DNA from: Pseudomonadota bacterium
Lineage (GTDB): Bacteria; Bdellovibrionota; Bdellovibrionia; Bdellovibrionales; SG-bin7
Assembly: GCA_034439715.1 (NCBI GenBank)
Contig: JAWXAY010000010.1
Coordinates: forward strand, 32,001-96,000
Reading direction: 5' to 3'
DNA: 64,000 nt
In this document: piece by piece, positions 50,434 through 59,398 of the stretch
Layout: every line of letters begins with the position of its first letter
Numbering within the stretch: position 1 is the first letter of the stretch
Translations under genes and position numbers: made by a program
Notes under the pieces: generated by a model
Told to the model about the DNA's origin: nothing
Databases searched by the model: none
What the model saw: the letters and a program-made list of their open reading frames with translations, nothing else

Positions 50434-52170
50434 AATTAAGCCCTCATCAATGGGGTCTTTGAATTTAGGATTGAGTTTTGATAGCTGTTTTAAATGACCA
50501 TGGGCCGTCTCTCGAATGTCACCAAATATTTTTTGCGAAAATGCCAATTCAAAAACTTCTAATGAAAGTAGCCAGTCGTTTGGGAAATCAGAGATGAGTT
50601 CTCCCATCATGGACTTCATTTCTTTTACGATCGCTAATGCAAATAATTTTTTTTCACGAATTTCTCTCACTCTAGCGTAGAGAGACATCAGTCTCTTGGC
50701 TTTTTCGTCAGGTACTCCTCTAGGAATTATCTTTACATTAAAGTCGGGGCTGTCATGGTAATGATTTCGGTCAGCCGGGCCAGCAAACACGGAAGTAACT
50801 TTTTCACCAACAGCCATGTCGTATACTCCCCAAGAGGGATCAAAGAGCAAGTCAGTTCCCCGCCGTACCGTACATTTTTCAAATGAAATGATTATTATTT
50901 TGCCATTTTCTTTGGTGATTGAAACAACCTGACCTTCAACACAAACACCAGAAGTAAAAATCAACGTAGCATTTTTCTTCGGGGCAAGATTAAATTTTCT
51001 AAGTTCAGAAGCGCCAAACTTTTCGATTGGTTTTTTTATTCCACGAAGTTTGCCAACCGGACTACCAAACCCTTTTGGGTGTTGGCCGACGCCTTGGCCC
51101 GTTAGGACGCGGTAATTTAGGCAGAGTTGACAGGGGCCACTAAAGTTTAAATAAACGGCCTCGTCTTCAGCGGCGTTTTTGTAAACCCGGCTTAATATGC
51201 CAGACACTTGTAGGCCCGAAGAAAACTGTACAGTATTAACAGTTTTTGATTGCAAAGCCTTATTGAGACCGGCGGAGCCTCCGGTTTTAAAAGCCATCTG
51301 GTCGGATAATTCTTTTAAAACATTTTCAAGATGTTTAAAGCTGGGGGTCACAAATAATTGCGGCTGGGGCTCTGTGATGTCGTAGGAGTAATTAATGCAG
51401 TCAATCGAAAGCGGAATCCTTTTAACAGAGGGGTTGAGGCAGCTTTCAGCTTCTTCAGCAGAAGACAGTAGGCCCGCGCCAAATATTTTTGGCTGCTTTA
51501 GGCTGCCAATCAATCCATATTCAGCCGTCCACCAATTCATTCGTCCCAAATACCCGGCCTCAGAAATATGAGAGATACTTTTTGATACCCTATTTAATTG
51601 ATCCTCGGCCTTCTTTATGTCCCCAGCGCTTGAGTTAGGGTCTTCTTTGGCATCAGAAAGAGCTCGTATGGATTCATAAAGTTCAATGTCTTCACTGCTG
51701 ATTATTGCTTTTTTGGCTATCTGGGCATATTTTTTCAAATAGGCGGCATAACGTTTATCGACAAGTATGGGGGCGTGTCCAGCAGCTTCGTGAACGATGT
51801 CAGGAGCCGGCGTATAGAGCAGGTGGTCGATTGATCGCATATCCGAGGCAATAGGCAAGATACTTAAGCTCTGCAGCTCCATAAATGCAGAGGGAGGAAT
51901 AAAGCCACTAACTGGCACGGCTCGCCAGCCAAATTTTTGGAGAGAGCGGTTCATAATTTCAATATTAGGGATTCGTTCTATCTCGATTCCTGATCTCGTG
52001 AGTCCGCTTTGGTAACAGGAGTGGGCGTTCCTCGACAAGAAATTAAAAAGTCTTCGCATAATATAGCGCCATGCCGCTTGATCAATCGAAGTATAGCGTG
52101 AGTAGTCTTGCTCCACAATATATCGAACTAGATGCTTGGGTAATTTTAATTTTATTTCTTCAATATTCAC
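50416..52170 (-). CDS. phhA: Aromatic amino acid (phenylalanine) hydroxylase, long form
   Basis: YTPAPDIVHEAAGHAP (two iron His), WWTAEYGLIG (iron Glu), GAGLLSS, YDITEPQPQLFV; about 290-aa C-terminal extension. Confidence 0.92.
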   Translation of the reverse strand: MNIEEIKLKLPKHLVRYIVEQDYSRYTSIDQAAWRYIMRRLFNFLSRNAHSCYQSGLTRSGIEIERIPNIEIMNRSLQKFGWRAVPVSGFIPPSAFMELQSLSILPIASDMRSIDHLLYTPAPDIVHEAAGHAPILVDKRYAAYLKKYAQIAKKAIISSEDIELYESIRALSDAKEDPNSSAGDIKKAEDQLNRVSKSISHISEAGYLGRMNWWTAEYGLIGSLKQPKIFGAGLLSSAEEAESCLNPSVKRIPLSIDCINYSYDITEPQPQLFVTPSFKHLENVLKELSDQMAFKTGGSAGLNKALQSKTVNTVQFSSGLQVSGILSRVYKNAAEDEAVYLNFSGPCQLCLNYRVLTGQGVGQHPKGFGSPVGKLRGIKKPIEKFGASELRKFNLAPKKNATLIFTSGVCVEGQVVSITKENGKIIIISFEKCTVRRGTDLLFDPSWGVYDMAVGEKVTSVFAGPADRNHYHDSPDFNVKIIPRGVPDEKAKRLMSLYARVREIREKKLFALAIVKEMKSMMGELISDFPNDWLLSLEVFELAFSQKIFGDIRETAHGHLKQLSKLNPKFKDPIDEGLILIISH

Positions 52171-53135
52171 AAGGCTGTCTCATTTTTCGAAAGATAATTG
52201 CGAACATAATCCTTTACGCCGTCCTCCAAGGACCACTGGGGCTGAGAAATTCCCTGACTAAAAAGTTTTTGCATCTTTGCTTCTGTGAAATATTGATACT
52301 GGTTTCTAATATTTTCAGGAATTTCTATCCAATTGATTTTTAATGGCGTTTCTAAACTCGAAAAAACAATGCTGGCCAAATCTAGCCAAGATCGGGCTGC
52401 CCCTGTGCCCATATTATATATACCTGACGGTATTTGTTTACTCATGATTTCAAGAATCCAGCGGGTAACGTCTTTTACGTAGACAAAGTCTCGCTTTTGC
52501 TGGCCATCGTCGTAATCCGCACGATGAGATTTAAAAAGATTTAAGCTCTTGCTTTTTTTGACCTGGAGAAACGCCTTATAAGTCACACTCGCCATTTCTC
52601 CCTTAAAGTACTCGTTGGGTCCGTAGACATTAAAAAATCTGAGCCCATACCAATTTTTAGGAGCTGATTTTTGGTTTAATGCCCAGCAGTCAAACTCCCA
52701 TTTAGAGTTTCCGTAAGGATTTAAGGGCTTAAAAATATCTGGTGAAGATTTATCATCAAAACCCAAATCTCCCGCGCCATAAACGGCGCCGCTAGATGCG
52801 TAAATAAAGGGGACGTGATTTTTTAGGCACCAACCAAAGAGCGTTTGAGTGTACTGAGTGTTATTTTCTCTCAGAAACTCAACATTGGTTTCGGTCGTTG
52901 ATGAACAGGCGCCAATGTGAATTATCCAGTCAATATTTTTAAGCTGGCCGCTTGTTAGTGAATTAAGAAATTCGTCCTTCAATTGGAAGGCCTGATATTT
53001 TTTATTGGATAAAAGCTGAGGGCGGGTTTTTGTATCTACAGAGTCTACACAAATGATGTCCCTTCGGCCGGCCTCGTTAAGCTGCCAAACCATTGCACTG
53101 CCGATAAAGCCGTTTGCGCCAGTCACGATGATCAT
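52167..53135 (-). CDS. hldD: ADP-L-glycero-D-manno-heptose 6-epimerase
   Basis: MIIVTGANGFIGS, GACSSTTE, PLNPYGNSK, FFNVYGPNE..KGEMAS, YQYFTEA. Confidence 0.95.
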   Translation of the reverse strand: MIIVTGANGFIGSAMVWQLNEAGRRDIICVDSVDTKTRPQLLSNKKYQAFQLKDEFLNSLTSGQLKNIDWIIHIGACSSTTETNVEFLRENNTQYTQTLFGWCLKNHVPFIYASSGAVYGAGDLGFDDKSSPDIFKPLNPYGNSKWEFDCWALNQKSAPKNWYGLRFFNVYGPNEYFKGEMASVTYKAFLQVKKSKSLNLFKSHRADYDDGQQKRDFVYVKDVTRWILEIMSKQIPSGIYNMGTGAARSWLDLASIVFSSLETPLKINWIEIPENIRNQYQYFTEAKMQKLFSQGISQPQWSLEDGVKDYVRNYLSKNETAL

Positions 53136-53177
53136 TATGATATCATTTATCTCACAGAGGAATGTTTTAGCAAAGAG

Positions 53178-53612
53178 TTAAATGTCGTCCTTGCAAGTCT
53201 TAAGGGCCTCAACAAGAGAGGTAAAGACCCTCTTTGATGGGCCGCGCAAAGGATCATGTGGCCTATTGAGCTTTTGCGCTTCGGGCGCCAAAACCTGGGA
53301 GCGAATGAACTCCTCAATGGCCGCCTGAATGTTAGAAGGGTCCATGCCTTTTTTAAAGAAGTCGATGATTTTTTGAACGACTGATTCAACACCATTTCCG
53401 GTGATTCGGTTTTCGTCATTTATAATTCTTGATCGAGAACAAACATCACGAAGCGTTCGATTTAGCGTTCGGCGACCCTGGGCTAAACTGAGCAGATTTT
53501 TATAAGAAATTTGCATTTCAGCTAACCGTATTAAAAGTGGGCGACTTACTTTGCGGTCCCTAGTGTTTGCAAAATCAGAAAAACTATCCGTTAAAACATT
53601 GTTATCTTTCAA
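53178..53612 (-). CDS. Hypothetical ORF, probably the C-terminal part of the upstream SelO-like gene
   Basis: TTG start with no RBS, overlapping the upstream stop by 11 nt in the +1 frame. Confidence 0.5.
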   Translation of the reverse strand: MKDNNVLTDSFSDFANTRDRKVSRPLLIRLAEMQISYKNLLSLAQGRRTLNRTLRDVCSRSRIINDENRITGNGVESVVQKIIDFFKKGMDPSNIQAAIEEFIRSQVLAPEAQKLNRPHDPLRGPSKRVFTSLVEALKTCKDDI

Positions 53613-54909
53613 AATATTGAAAACGTTTTACAAAATCTTTAGCTGCTTTTAAATGTCGGCTCAAAAGATACCGACATTGGCGAAGGTCAAAGCCCAGTCG
53701 GTAAAGAATGCGCTCCAATCGAAAATATTTGAAGTCTTCACTAAAATTTAAAACATGAGGGTGAGATTTAAATGTTGCTAAGGGTTTCTTTTTTCCGGTC
53801 TTTACGAAGTCAACCGCTTGAGCAAAGGCTTGAACAATTTGTTGAGCTTTACATTTTTGTTCATTGAGGTTGGTAGAATAGCGTGGTCCATCATCAAATC
53901 GGTACTGGTCGTGTCTAACTCCAAACTGCCTGACGCTGCCGTAATCAATTATTCCGCCGTTGGCGAGCACATTGTCGCCATCCCAATCGAGCCACAAAAA
54001 AATGTAGTCGACATCAAGACGAGCGGCAAATCTCGCAAAATCATTTTCAATACACTTTAGCATCAACTCGTATTTGTGTTTTCCTTTAGTATTAATGTGC
54101 CACTCGCCGTTTTGCACCTGCCGTTCTATGAGGTAATCCAATGACCGAGTTAGGGCTCCTAGGTTATTCTGCTTCAGATACATTAAGATATGTGCCGGCC
54201 TTAAAAGATTGGGAGCGGCGCGTACTCCAATGCCGGTTTCTTTTCCGCTTTGAATAATCGCCAACATTCTTTCAGTTTTAATTCCTTGGCGATGAAAGAT
54301 TTCAGACATAAGTGCCGAGCCCACTAACTCATCAAGTTCAGCTAAACCACAGCCATATCCAAATTTTTCGCATCCAGTGGGAAGGGGCTTTCCGGCCTCA
54401 ACGGCTCCGGGGGCCAGGCGAGTGACTCCGGTCCCTCGCGAAGAAACATCCCAGATTTTATCCTTATTTTTAACACAACCATTCCAGATACTTCGACCAT
54501 CACCCGAAGTTTTACCGGTCTTACTTTGATGTTGAAGCTGTAAGTAGCGAGTTGCCATATACTTGGGAAGAACAGACAAATCTATTTTTTGCGCCCGCTT
54601 TTTTTCTTGCTCAAACTCATTTACAATTTTTAAAGCGAAGGTATCCAAAATCTTTTTTTCTAACATCCTATTAAGCTTATGGTCGCCATTTGTAGGGACT
54701 AACCCCATTTCTTCAGCCAGTTCAAAATTAAAATATAGGATCCGCGCACCCTCAATCTTTTCAACGGGATAAAGAATGTATCCTTCGGGAACCTTTGCAC
54801 GATAGGGATGTGAGCCATCCAACGATTCAAAATTTTTGTATAGGGCGTCCTGCGTCCGCGAAGGGACTGCTTGGGTCCGCAAATTTGGTTTACTAGACCT
54901 ATTACCCAT
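53602..54909 (-). CDS. Divergent SelO/YdiU-like protein (AMPylating pseudokinase fold)
   Basis: Motif order matches SelO: FNFELAEEMGL, SGDGRS, GTG.T, SEIFH..GIKTERML, LRPAH, DGDNV, IIDYG. Confidence 0.62.
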   Translation of the reverse strand: MGNRSSKPNLRTQAVPSRTQDALYKNFESLDGSHPYRAKVPEGYILYPVEKIEGARILYFNFELAEEMGLVPTNGDHKLNRMLEKKILDTFALKIVNEFEQEKKRAQKIDLSVLPKYMATRYLQLQHQSKTGKTSGDGRSIWNGCVKNKDKIWDVSSRGTGVTRLAPGAVEAGKPLPTGCEKFGYGCGLAELDELVGSALMSEIFHRQGIKTERMLAIIQSGKETGIGVRAAPNLLRPAHILMYLKQNNLGALTRSLDYLIERQVQNGEWHINTKGKHKYELMLKCIENDFARFAARLDVDYIFLWLDWDGDNVLANGGIIDYGSVRQFGVRHDQYRFDDGPRYSTNLNEQKCKAQQIVQAFAQAVDFVKTGKKKPLATFKSHPHVLNFSEDFKYFRLERILYRLGFDLRQCRYLLSRHLKAAKDFVKRFQYFER

Positions 54910-54917
54910 TATGTTAA

Positions 54918-54944
54918 TTATCGGATATTACGGGAGATTCTTTA
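54918..54944 (-). promoter_or_regulatory. Sigma28-type promoter
   Basis: Minus strand TAAA-N15-TCCGATAA ending 8 nt before ATG 54909. Confidence 0.72.
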
Positions 54945-54980
54945 TAGTGGGAGGCAACCATAGGCCCCGACCCCCTCTTA

Positions 54981-55001
54981 ACTGTCAATTTTTTTGACAG
55001 T
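54981..55001. promoter_or_regulatory. Palindrome, candidate enhancer (UAS) for a sigma54 activator
   Basis: ACTGTCAA-N5-TTGACAGT, about 120 bp upstream of a -24/-12 promoter. Confidence 0.55.
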
Positions 55002-55118
55002 GCCAATGCCAATTTACATATCGCAAAAAGTTAACACCCCCCCCTTTGTTGTTTATTGTGACGAAAATATCTTAATAGTTTTAAATACTTAGGCGTATTC
55101 GACTACATCTTCAATGCC

Positions 55119-55134
55119 TGGCACTACTTCTGCA
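55119..55134 (+). promoter_or_regulatory. Sigma54 (-24/-12) promoter
   Basis: TGGCACTACTTCTGCA: GG and GC separated by 10 nt; 37 nt before an ATG with AGGAG RBS. Confidence 0.7.
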
Positions 55135-55171
55135 ATTATCATCGTAGGACATACTTTTTTAGGAGAATTAT

Positions 55172-56770
55172 ATGTTTAGTATTAAAAAGCCTCTTACCTA
55201 CTTGATTGCTGTTGCAACAATTCAACTGCCTTATTCACCCGCCGATGCAGGCGGTTGGGCGCCATTTCTTGCCGGCGCTGTCGTAGGCTGGGTCGCTAAC
55301 CGGATTTCTGATTATAGTAGTAGCCGCAGTAGTGGTAATTATAGTGTTGGCGGAGGTAGTGGTTATAGTGGTGGCAGCTACGGTGGTGGGGCCTACCAAA
55401 CAGTTATTGCAGATAACTCGCGCATCGGAGATGAACTAAAGGGTATAGCAAGTGAACTAAGAAGTTTAACGAAGGCTGTTACAGACTCTGATGGTCGGCA
55501 ACTTTTAACTCCAGAAAATATCGCTTATATTGAGAAGCACAATTTAAAAGGCTACGGAAAATTAATTGGTATCGAAGATCTCCATGAGACAAAATGGGCT
55601 AAATACGTCTTAGAGCACGATATTGTTGCTTTTCGAGAATTAATTGATCGCCGGATTGAACGCTATAAGGAGAATTCCGCCAAAGCTTTAATCATTTCGC
55701 AAATACTTTCTGGTGAGAAGACGGTTAAAATTCCCGCTACCCCGGACGAAGAGAGCCAAATTGGGAATTTAATTTCAGAAAACGTGAATGTCGATGCACT
55801 CATGGCTTTCCTTGAATCAGAAGGCGGCTCAGTGAAGAGTAAAAAAAACTACGATATTTTAAAAGGAGCTTCCCCAGGCGAACAAGACAATATCAATTCT
55901 ATGCTGAGACACGCTGTTAAGAAATCTTCTGGAAAGACAGCAGAAGACAGACTAAAAGCGTTAACCTCTATTCTCAGGAACCCGCAATCTCTCAAGGATA
56001 AAATCTTGTCTGATCGAAAAAATTATAAATCGTGCAGAGGCTCACAATTTAGTAACGCCATGTCCGCATTAGAACAAGCCGTCGGTAAAGAGGAAAATGA
56101 AAAAGCCGATGCAATTGCACAGAGAAGCCAACTTACCGCTAAAGCTGATAAATTAAATAACGAGATTCTAGAGTGGGCACAAAAAGAACGGCCGCTTAAA
56201 ACAACTTTGATTAAAAACAGAGGTCTATTTACGAACGGGACCATTGTTAAAATTACGCCACACGACTCCAAATCTGACAGCTTCGAAATTCATGCTTCGG
56301 CCGGCAATGAAACTTCGCCTGACGATGCCTTACATAAACTCTACATGGACGCAGTAGTAGACCTTCATAAGAAAAGCCAAGAGCCCGTTCCCTATGGTTC
56401 TTATTGGCCACACGAGGCCAGAACTAATAACTGGGTCACTAACGTTGCCTCAATGGAATACGTTTCGAAAAATAAAGAGTTATCCGAGAGAGTCGCCCTT
56501 CTGGCTGCTAACGATACCCTTGATCGACGCATTGAAATTCACAATCTACGCGCCAAGGCGTCTCAATGGGATAATTGGATCACGAAATCAATGGATGGAA
56601 AAATATTGACCCAACAAAATGAAAAGGAAACCTTTGAAAACCTCTGCTCAAAAGAGAGACTCGCTGTAAAAGAACTTGATTCGGCTGTAACGACGTTTGA
56701 AAAATTAGTTGGTAAAACTCCCTCAAGCATCGTGACCCACCGTGATTCATCAACGCCCAGTGCTCAATGA
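55172..56770 (+). CDS. Hypothetical secreted protein with Gly/Ser-rich N-terminus and helical body
   Basis: Signal peptide ending ADA, hydrophobic GWAPFLAGAVVGWVA, Gly/Ser/Tyr tract, coiled-coil-like segments. Confidence 0.75.
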   Translation: MFSIKKPLTYLIAVATIQLPYSPADAGGWAPFLAGAVVGWVANRISDYSSSRSSGNYSVGGGSGYSGGSYGGGAYQTVIADNSRIGDELKGIASELRSLTKAVTDSDGRQLLTPENIAYIEKHNLKGYGKLIGIEDLHETKWAKYVLEHDIVAFRELIDRRIERYKENSAKALIISQILSGEKTVKIPATPDEESQIGNLISENVNVDALMAFLESEGGSVKSKKNYDILKGASPGEQDNINSMLRHAVKKSSGKTAEDRLKALTSILRNPQSLKDKILSDRKNYKSCRGSQFSNAMSALEQAVGKEENEKADAIAQRSQLTAKADKLNNEILEWAQKERPLKTTLIKNRGLFTNGTIVKITPHDSKSDSFEIHASAGNETSPDDALHKLYMDAVVDLHKKSQEPVPYGSYWPHEARTNNWVTNVASMEYVSKNKELSERVALLAANDTLDRRIEIHNLRAKASQWDNWITKSMDGKILTQQNEKETFENLCSKERLAVKELDSAVTTFEKLVGKTPSSIVTHRDSSTPSAQ

Positions 56771-56884
56771 TGCGGGAGAGGGCCTTTAGAGAGTTTAGAT
56801 TGGCAATTATTGACCAAGGTGTAAAGCAAAACGCCGTCTAACTAGCTTCTGTACAGCAGTGACATATTACAAAAACACGATAAA

Positions 56885-56938
56885 AATCAACAGTTTAGAA
56901 TATTTTCATGGTCGGTGAGTAATGGTCTGGAAATTGCT
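56885..56938 (+). promoter_or_regulatory. IHF site plus sigma54 promoter
   Basis: AATCAACAGTTTA (exact WATCAANNNNTTR, 56885-56897) followed by TGGTCTGGAAATTGCT (56923-56938). Confidence 0.65.
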
Positions 56939-56962
56939 CTTTTTATGGTAATTATGAGAACA

Positions 56963-57625
56963 ATGAATCGCAAAAATGTGAAATCTATTTTAAAAAAGTT
57001 TATTATTCCGCTGGCTGTATTTGCGGTTTTTTTAGCGTGTCAGCATTCTGAAGTATTGGAACAGACGGGAATTCTCACCAGTCGGCAGGCAAGTTGCGAG
57101 AACCGACCCATTTCTTTAGAGATCACCGACAAAACTCCCATTTTTGACGATAAAGATTTGCCACAGGGAATTCTTGTTTTTGATAGCGCAAATGTTTATA
57201 TGGAAAAGCTCGATGAGCAAGGTGATGTTACCGAGAAAGTGATAGTTTCTGAAGAATACACGTCAGCAAAAAAAGAGAATCGCGAAATTAATGTTCGTTG
57301 TGTAAAGGCTAGTGGAAAAAAACTAGTTACAGATTTTGATTCTATGATACCGGCGCTCAAAAAAATTGAGATTGGTCAAAAAGGAAGCCGCCTTTTTTCA
57401 AACGCTTTTGAAATTAAGGTAGAAAAGGGCCAAGTTAAATATTCTTCGGAAGCGCCTACGGCGCCGACGTCGACAACCTCGGTGCGTGATTTCTTTGAAC
57501 GGGTTGGCGTTAACTACGCCTTTTATAAAACCGGCGAGGGCGCTTACGAGTTTCGCGGTCATAAGATCAAAGATAGAATTAGTTCTTATATTTCTGTAAA
57601 ATATCAATTGGTACAATTTAATTAA
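56963..57625 (+). CDS. Hypothetical lipoprotein
   Basis: MNRKNVK...AVFLAC lipobox; start moved downstream of the sigma54 promoter. Confidence 0.7.
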   Translation: MNRKNVKSILKKFIIPLAVFAVFLACQHSEVLEQTGILTSRQASCENRPISLEITDKTPIFDDKDLPQGILVFDSANVYMEKLDEQGDVTEKVIVSEEYTSAKKENREINVRCVKASGKKLVTDFDSMIPALKKIEIGQKGSRLFSNAFEIKVEKGQVKYSSEAPTAPTSTTSVRDFFERVGVNYAFYKTGEGAYEFRGHKIKDRISSYISVKYQLVQFN

Positions 57626-58754
57626 AAATCACTATTCCAAGTCCTGACCCCGGCGTTTGAAAATTTGTGGTCTGGCCTTTGTATAAACGTGAAGCCGCAA
57701 GCTGAATATTATCTTTGTAAGCATAAAAGCGAAGGTCCCATTTTAAATCGTTGTGCACGGGTGGCATTATATATTCTTGTGCCACATAGTCCTTTTCAAA
57801 CAGCTCATTAAATAGCTTGCGACTGATGGATTCGCCTTTAAAAGCGCCGCGGCCTCCGAAGGCTCCCGAGGGCTTAAAAAAGTATTTTTTTCTATTTCGC
57901 CAAAGTTCAATCGCAGAGGAGAACTCTCGAAAAGAGTGCGTGTTTAGAAGGTACGACCACTCGAGGTTAGGGTTTTTAGAAAGTTCTACCAGGCGGTTTT
58001 TGTCGGCCAACAAAAAATACTCGTGAGGGTTCGGAGATAAACCTACTTTTTTTGCAAAATAAGCATCATGTAATGCTTTGCTTTTGGGCCCCGACAAATA
58101 AAAGTCTGTCAGGCGATTATAAACAAAGTCAATTTCGATGTTTCCCACTGAATAAACAAGAGATTGTCCATCAAATTTAAATTCGTCGGGATCTCCAATG
58201 ATGCAGGAGTAGCCCCAGCGTCCAAAAAGAGCTTTAAACATTAAAAACTCGAAATAGGAATTTTGTTCTTTATGGTTGTCGTCAATGATGGCAATGTTTT
58301 TTATTTTTCGTAAAGTGTGTTTTTCGCAATGCTTGATTTCCTCATCAAATGATGAACGTAAGCTTTTTAGAAAAGCTACACTCAAATCACTTGAACCATG
58401 AACTTTATATAATAGGTCCATCAAGAGTGAGTTGGCGGCATTAGTATTTATCTCTATGAGTTTTAATTCATTTTTTTCTGTTACATGAAAGTCATAACCC
58501 ATTAAGACCGAAAAACTTTCGGGGTCTTTGGCTATGGCCGGTTGTTTTGGGCTCAAGGAATCTTTGTATTCTTTTGAAAGTCTTAATTCGAAAAACAACT
58601 TAACGGCATGTTGAGCTTGGTCAATTACCGATTTCGGTAATTCAACGATTTGATCCGTACAAATATTTAGAATTTTTTCGGCTAATTCGGCATGAGGCTT
58701 GAGCTCAGGATAGTGTTGCCACAATGTATTTGCAACAGAGTCACGAAAACTCAA
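57618..58754 (-). CDS. Circularly permuted ATP-grasp ligase (glutathione/glutathionylspermidine synthetase-like)
   Basis: YDFH...LKLIEINTNA, FVYNRLTD, LADK, FFKPSGAFGGRG, VAQEYI, DLRFY. Confidence 0.72.
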   Translation of the reverse strand: MSFRDSVANTLWQHYPELKPHAELAEKILNICTDQIVELPKSVIDQAQHAVKLFFELRLSKEYKDSLSPKQPAIAKDPESFSVLMGYDFHVTEKNELKLIEINTNAANSLLMDLLYKVHGSSDLSVAFLKSLRSSFDEEIKHCEKHTLRKIKNIAIIDDNHKEQNSYFEFLMFKALFGRWGYSCIIGDPDEFKFDGQSLVYSVGNIEIDFVYNRLTDFYLSGPKSKALHDAYFAKKVGLSPNPHEYFLLADKNRLVELSKNPNLEWSYLLNTHSFREFSSAIELWRNRKKYFFKPSGAFGGRGAFKGESISRKLFNELFEKDYVAQEYIMPPVHNDLKWDLRFYAYKDNIQLAASRLYKGQTTNFQTPGSGLGIVIFN

Positions 58755-58763
58755 GTGGCAAAC

Positions 58764-59288
58764 TCATTTTGTTTTAAGGTGGGCTTGGCCTGGCTTCCAG
58801 CCTGCGGCACACAGTTCCCCCGATTGAAGGCCACTTAAGACACGAATAATTTCGCCAGCATCGCGCCCAACATTCAAATTATGAATTCCCATGTATTGAA
58901 CGTGACCCTCAGGATCTATAATAAATGTTCCGCGAGTAGCAATCCCTTTGTCTTCAATGAGTACGCCAAAGTCTTGAGATATTTTCTTGGTGATGTCGCC
59001 AATTAAGGGATAACCAAGATCACCTAGCTCATCGCTGAGCCATTTTTTATGAGCATAAACTGAATCCACACTGCAGCCGAGAACAATCGCATTGAGTTTT
59101 GTGAACTGAGAAAGTGAGTCTCTAAATTGTGTTAATTCTGTAGGGCAGACAAAAGTAAAATCCAAGGGATAAAAAAACAACACCACCCATTTGCCCATAT
59201 ATTCAGCGAGGCTAATATTTTTAATTTCACCTTTATTTATTACAGCTTGAGCCATAAATTTTGGAGCCATTTGTCCGATTGTAACCAT
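58764..59288 (-). CDS. ahpC: 2-Cys peroxiredoxin (AhpC/Prx1)
   Basis: FFYPLDFTFVCPTE, RGTFIIDPEG, resolving ELCAAGW. Confidence 0.94.
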   Translation of the reverse strand: MVTIGQMAPKFMAQAVINKGEIKNISLAEYMGKWVVLFFYPLDFTFVCPTELTQFRDSLSQFTKLNAIVLGCSVDSVYAHKKWLSDELGDLGYPLIGDITKKISQDFGVLIEDKGIATRGTFIIDPEGHVQYMGIHNLNVGRDAGEIIRVLSGLQSGELCAAGWKPGQAHLKTK

Positions 59289-59398
59289 ACTATTACCTCG
59301 CTTTTCACTAGGGCTAAGTATAAGCCTAAGTTTATGATGACATCAACCAATAGGGTTAAGTTGATTTTCAGCATCAACAGAGGTAAGTCCCTTTACCT

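Noticed and set aside
53147..53419. 90-aa minus-strand ORF
   Set aside because: Alternative-frame overlap of the 53178-53612 ORF with no supporting features.
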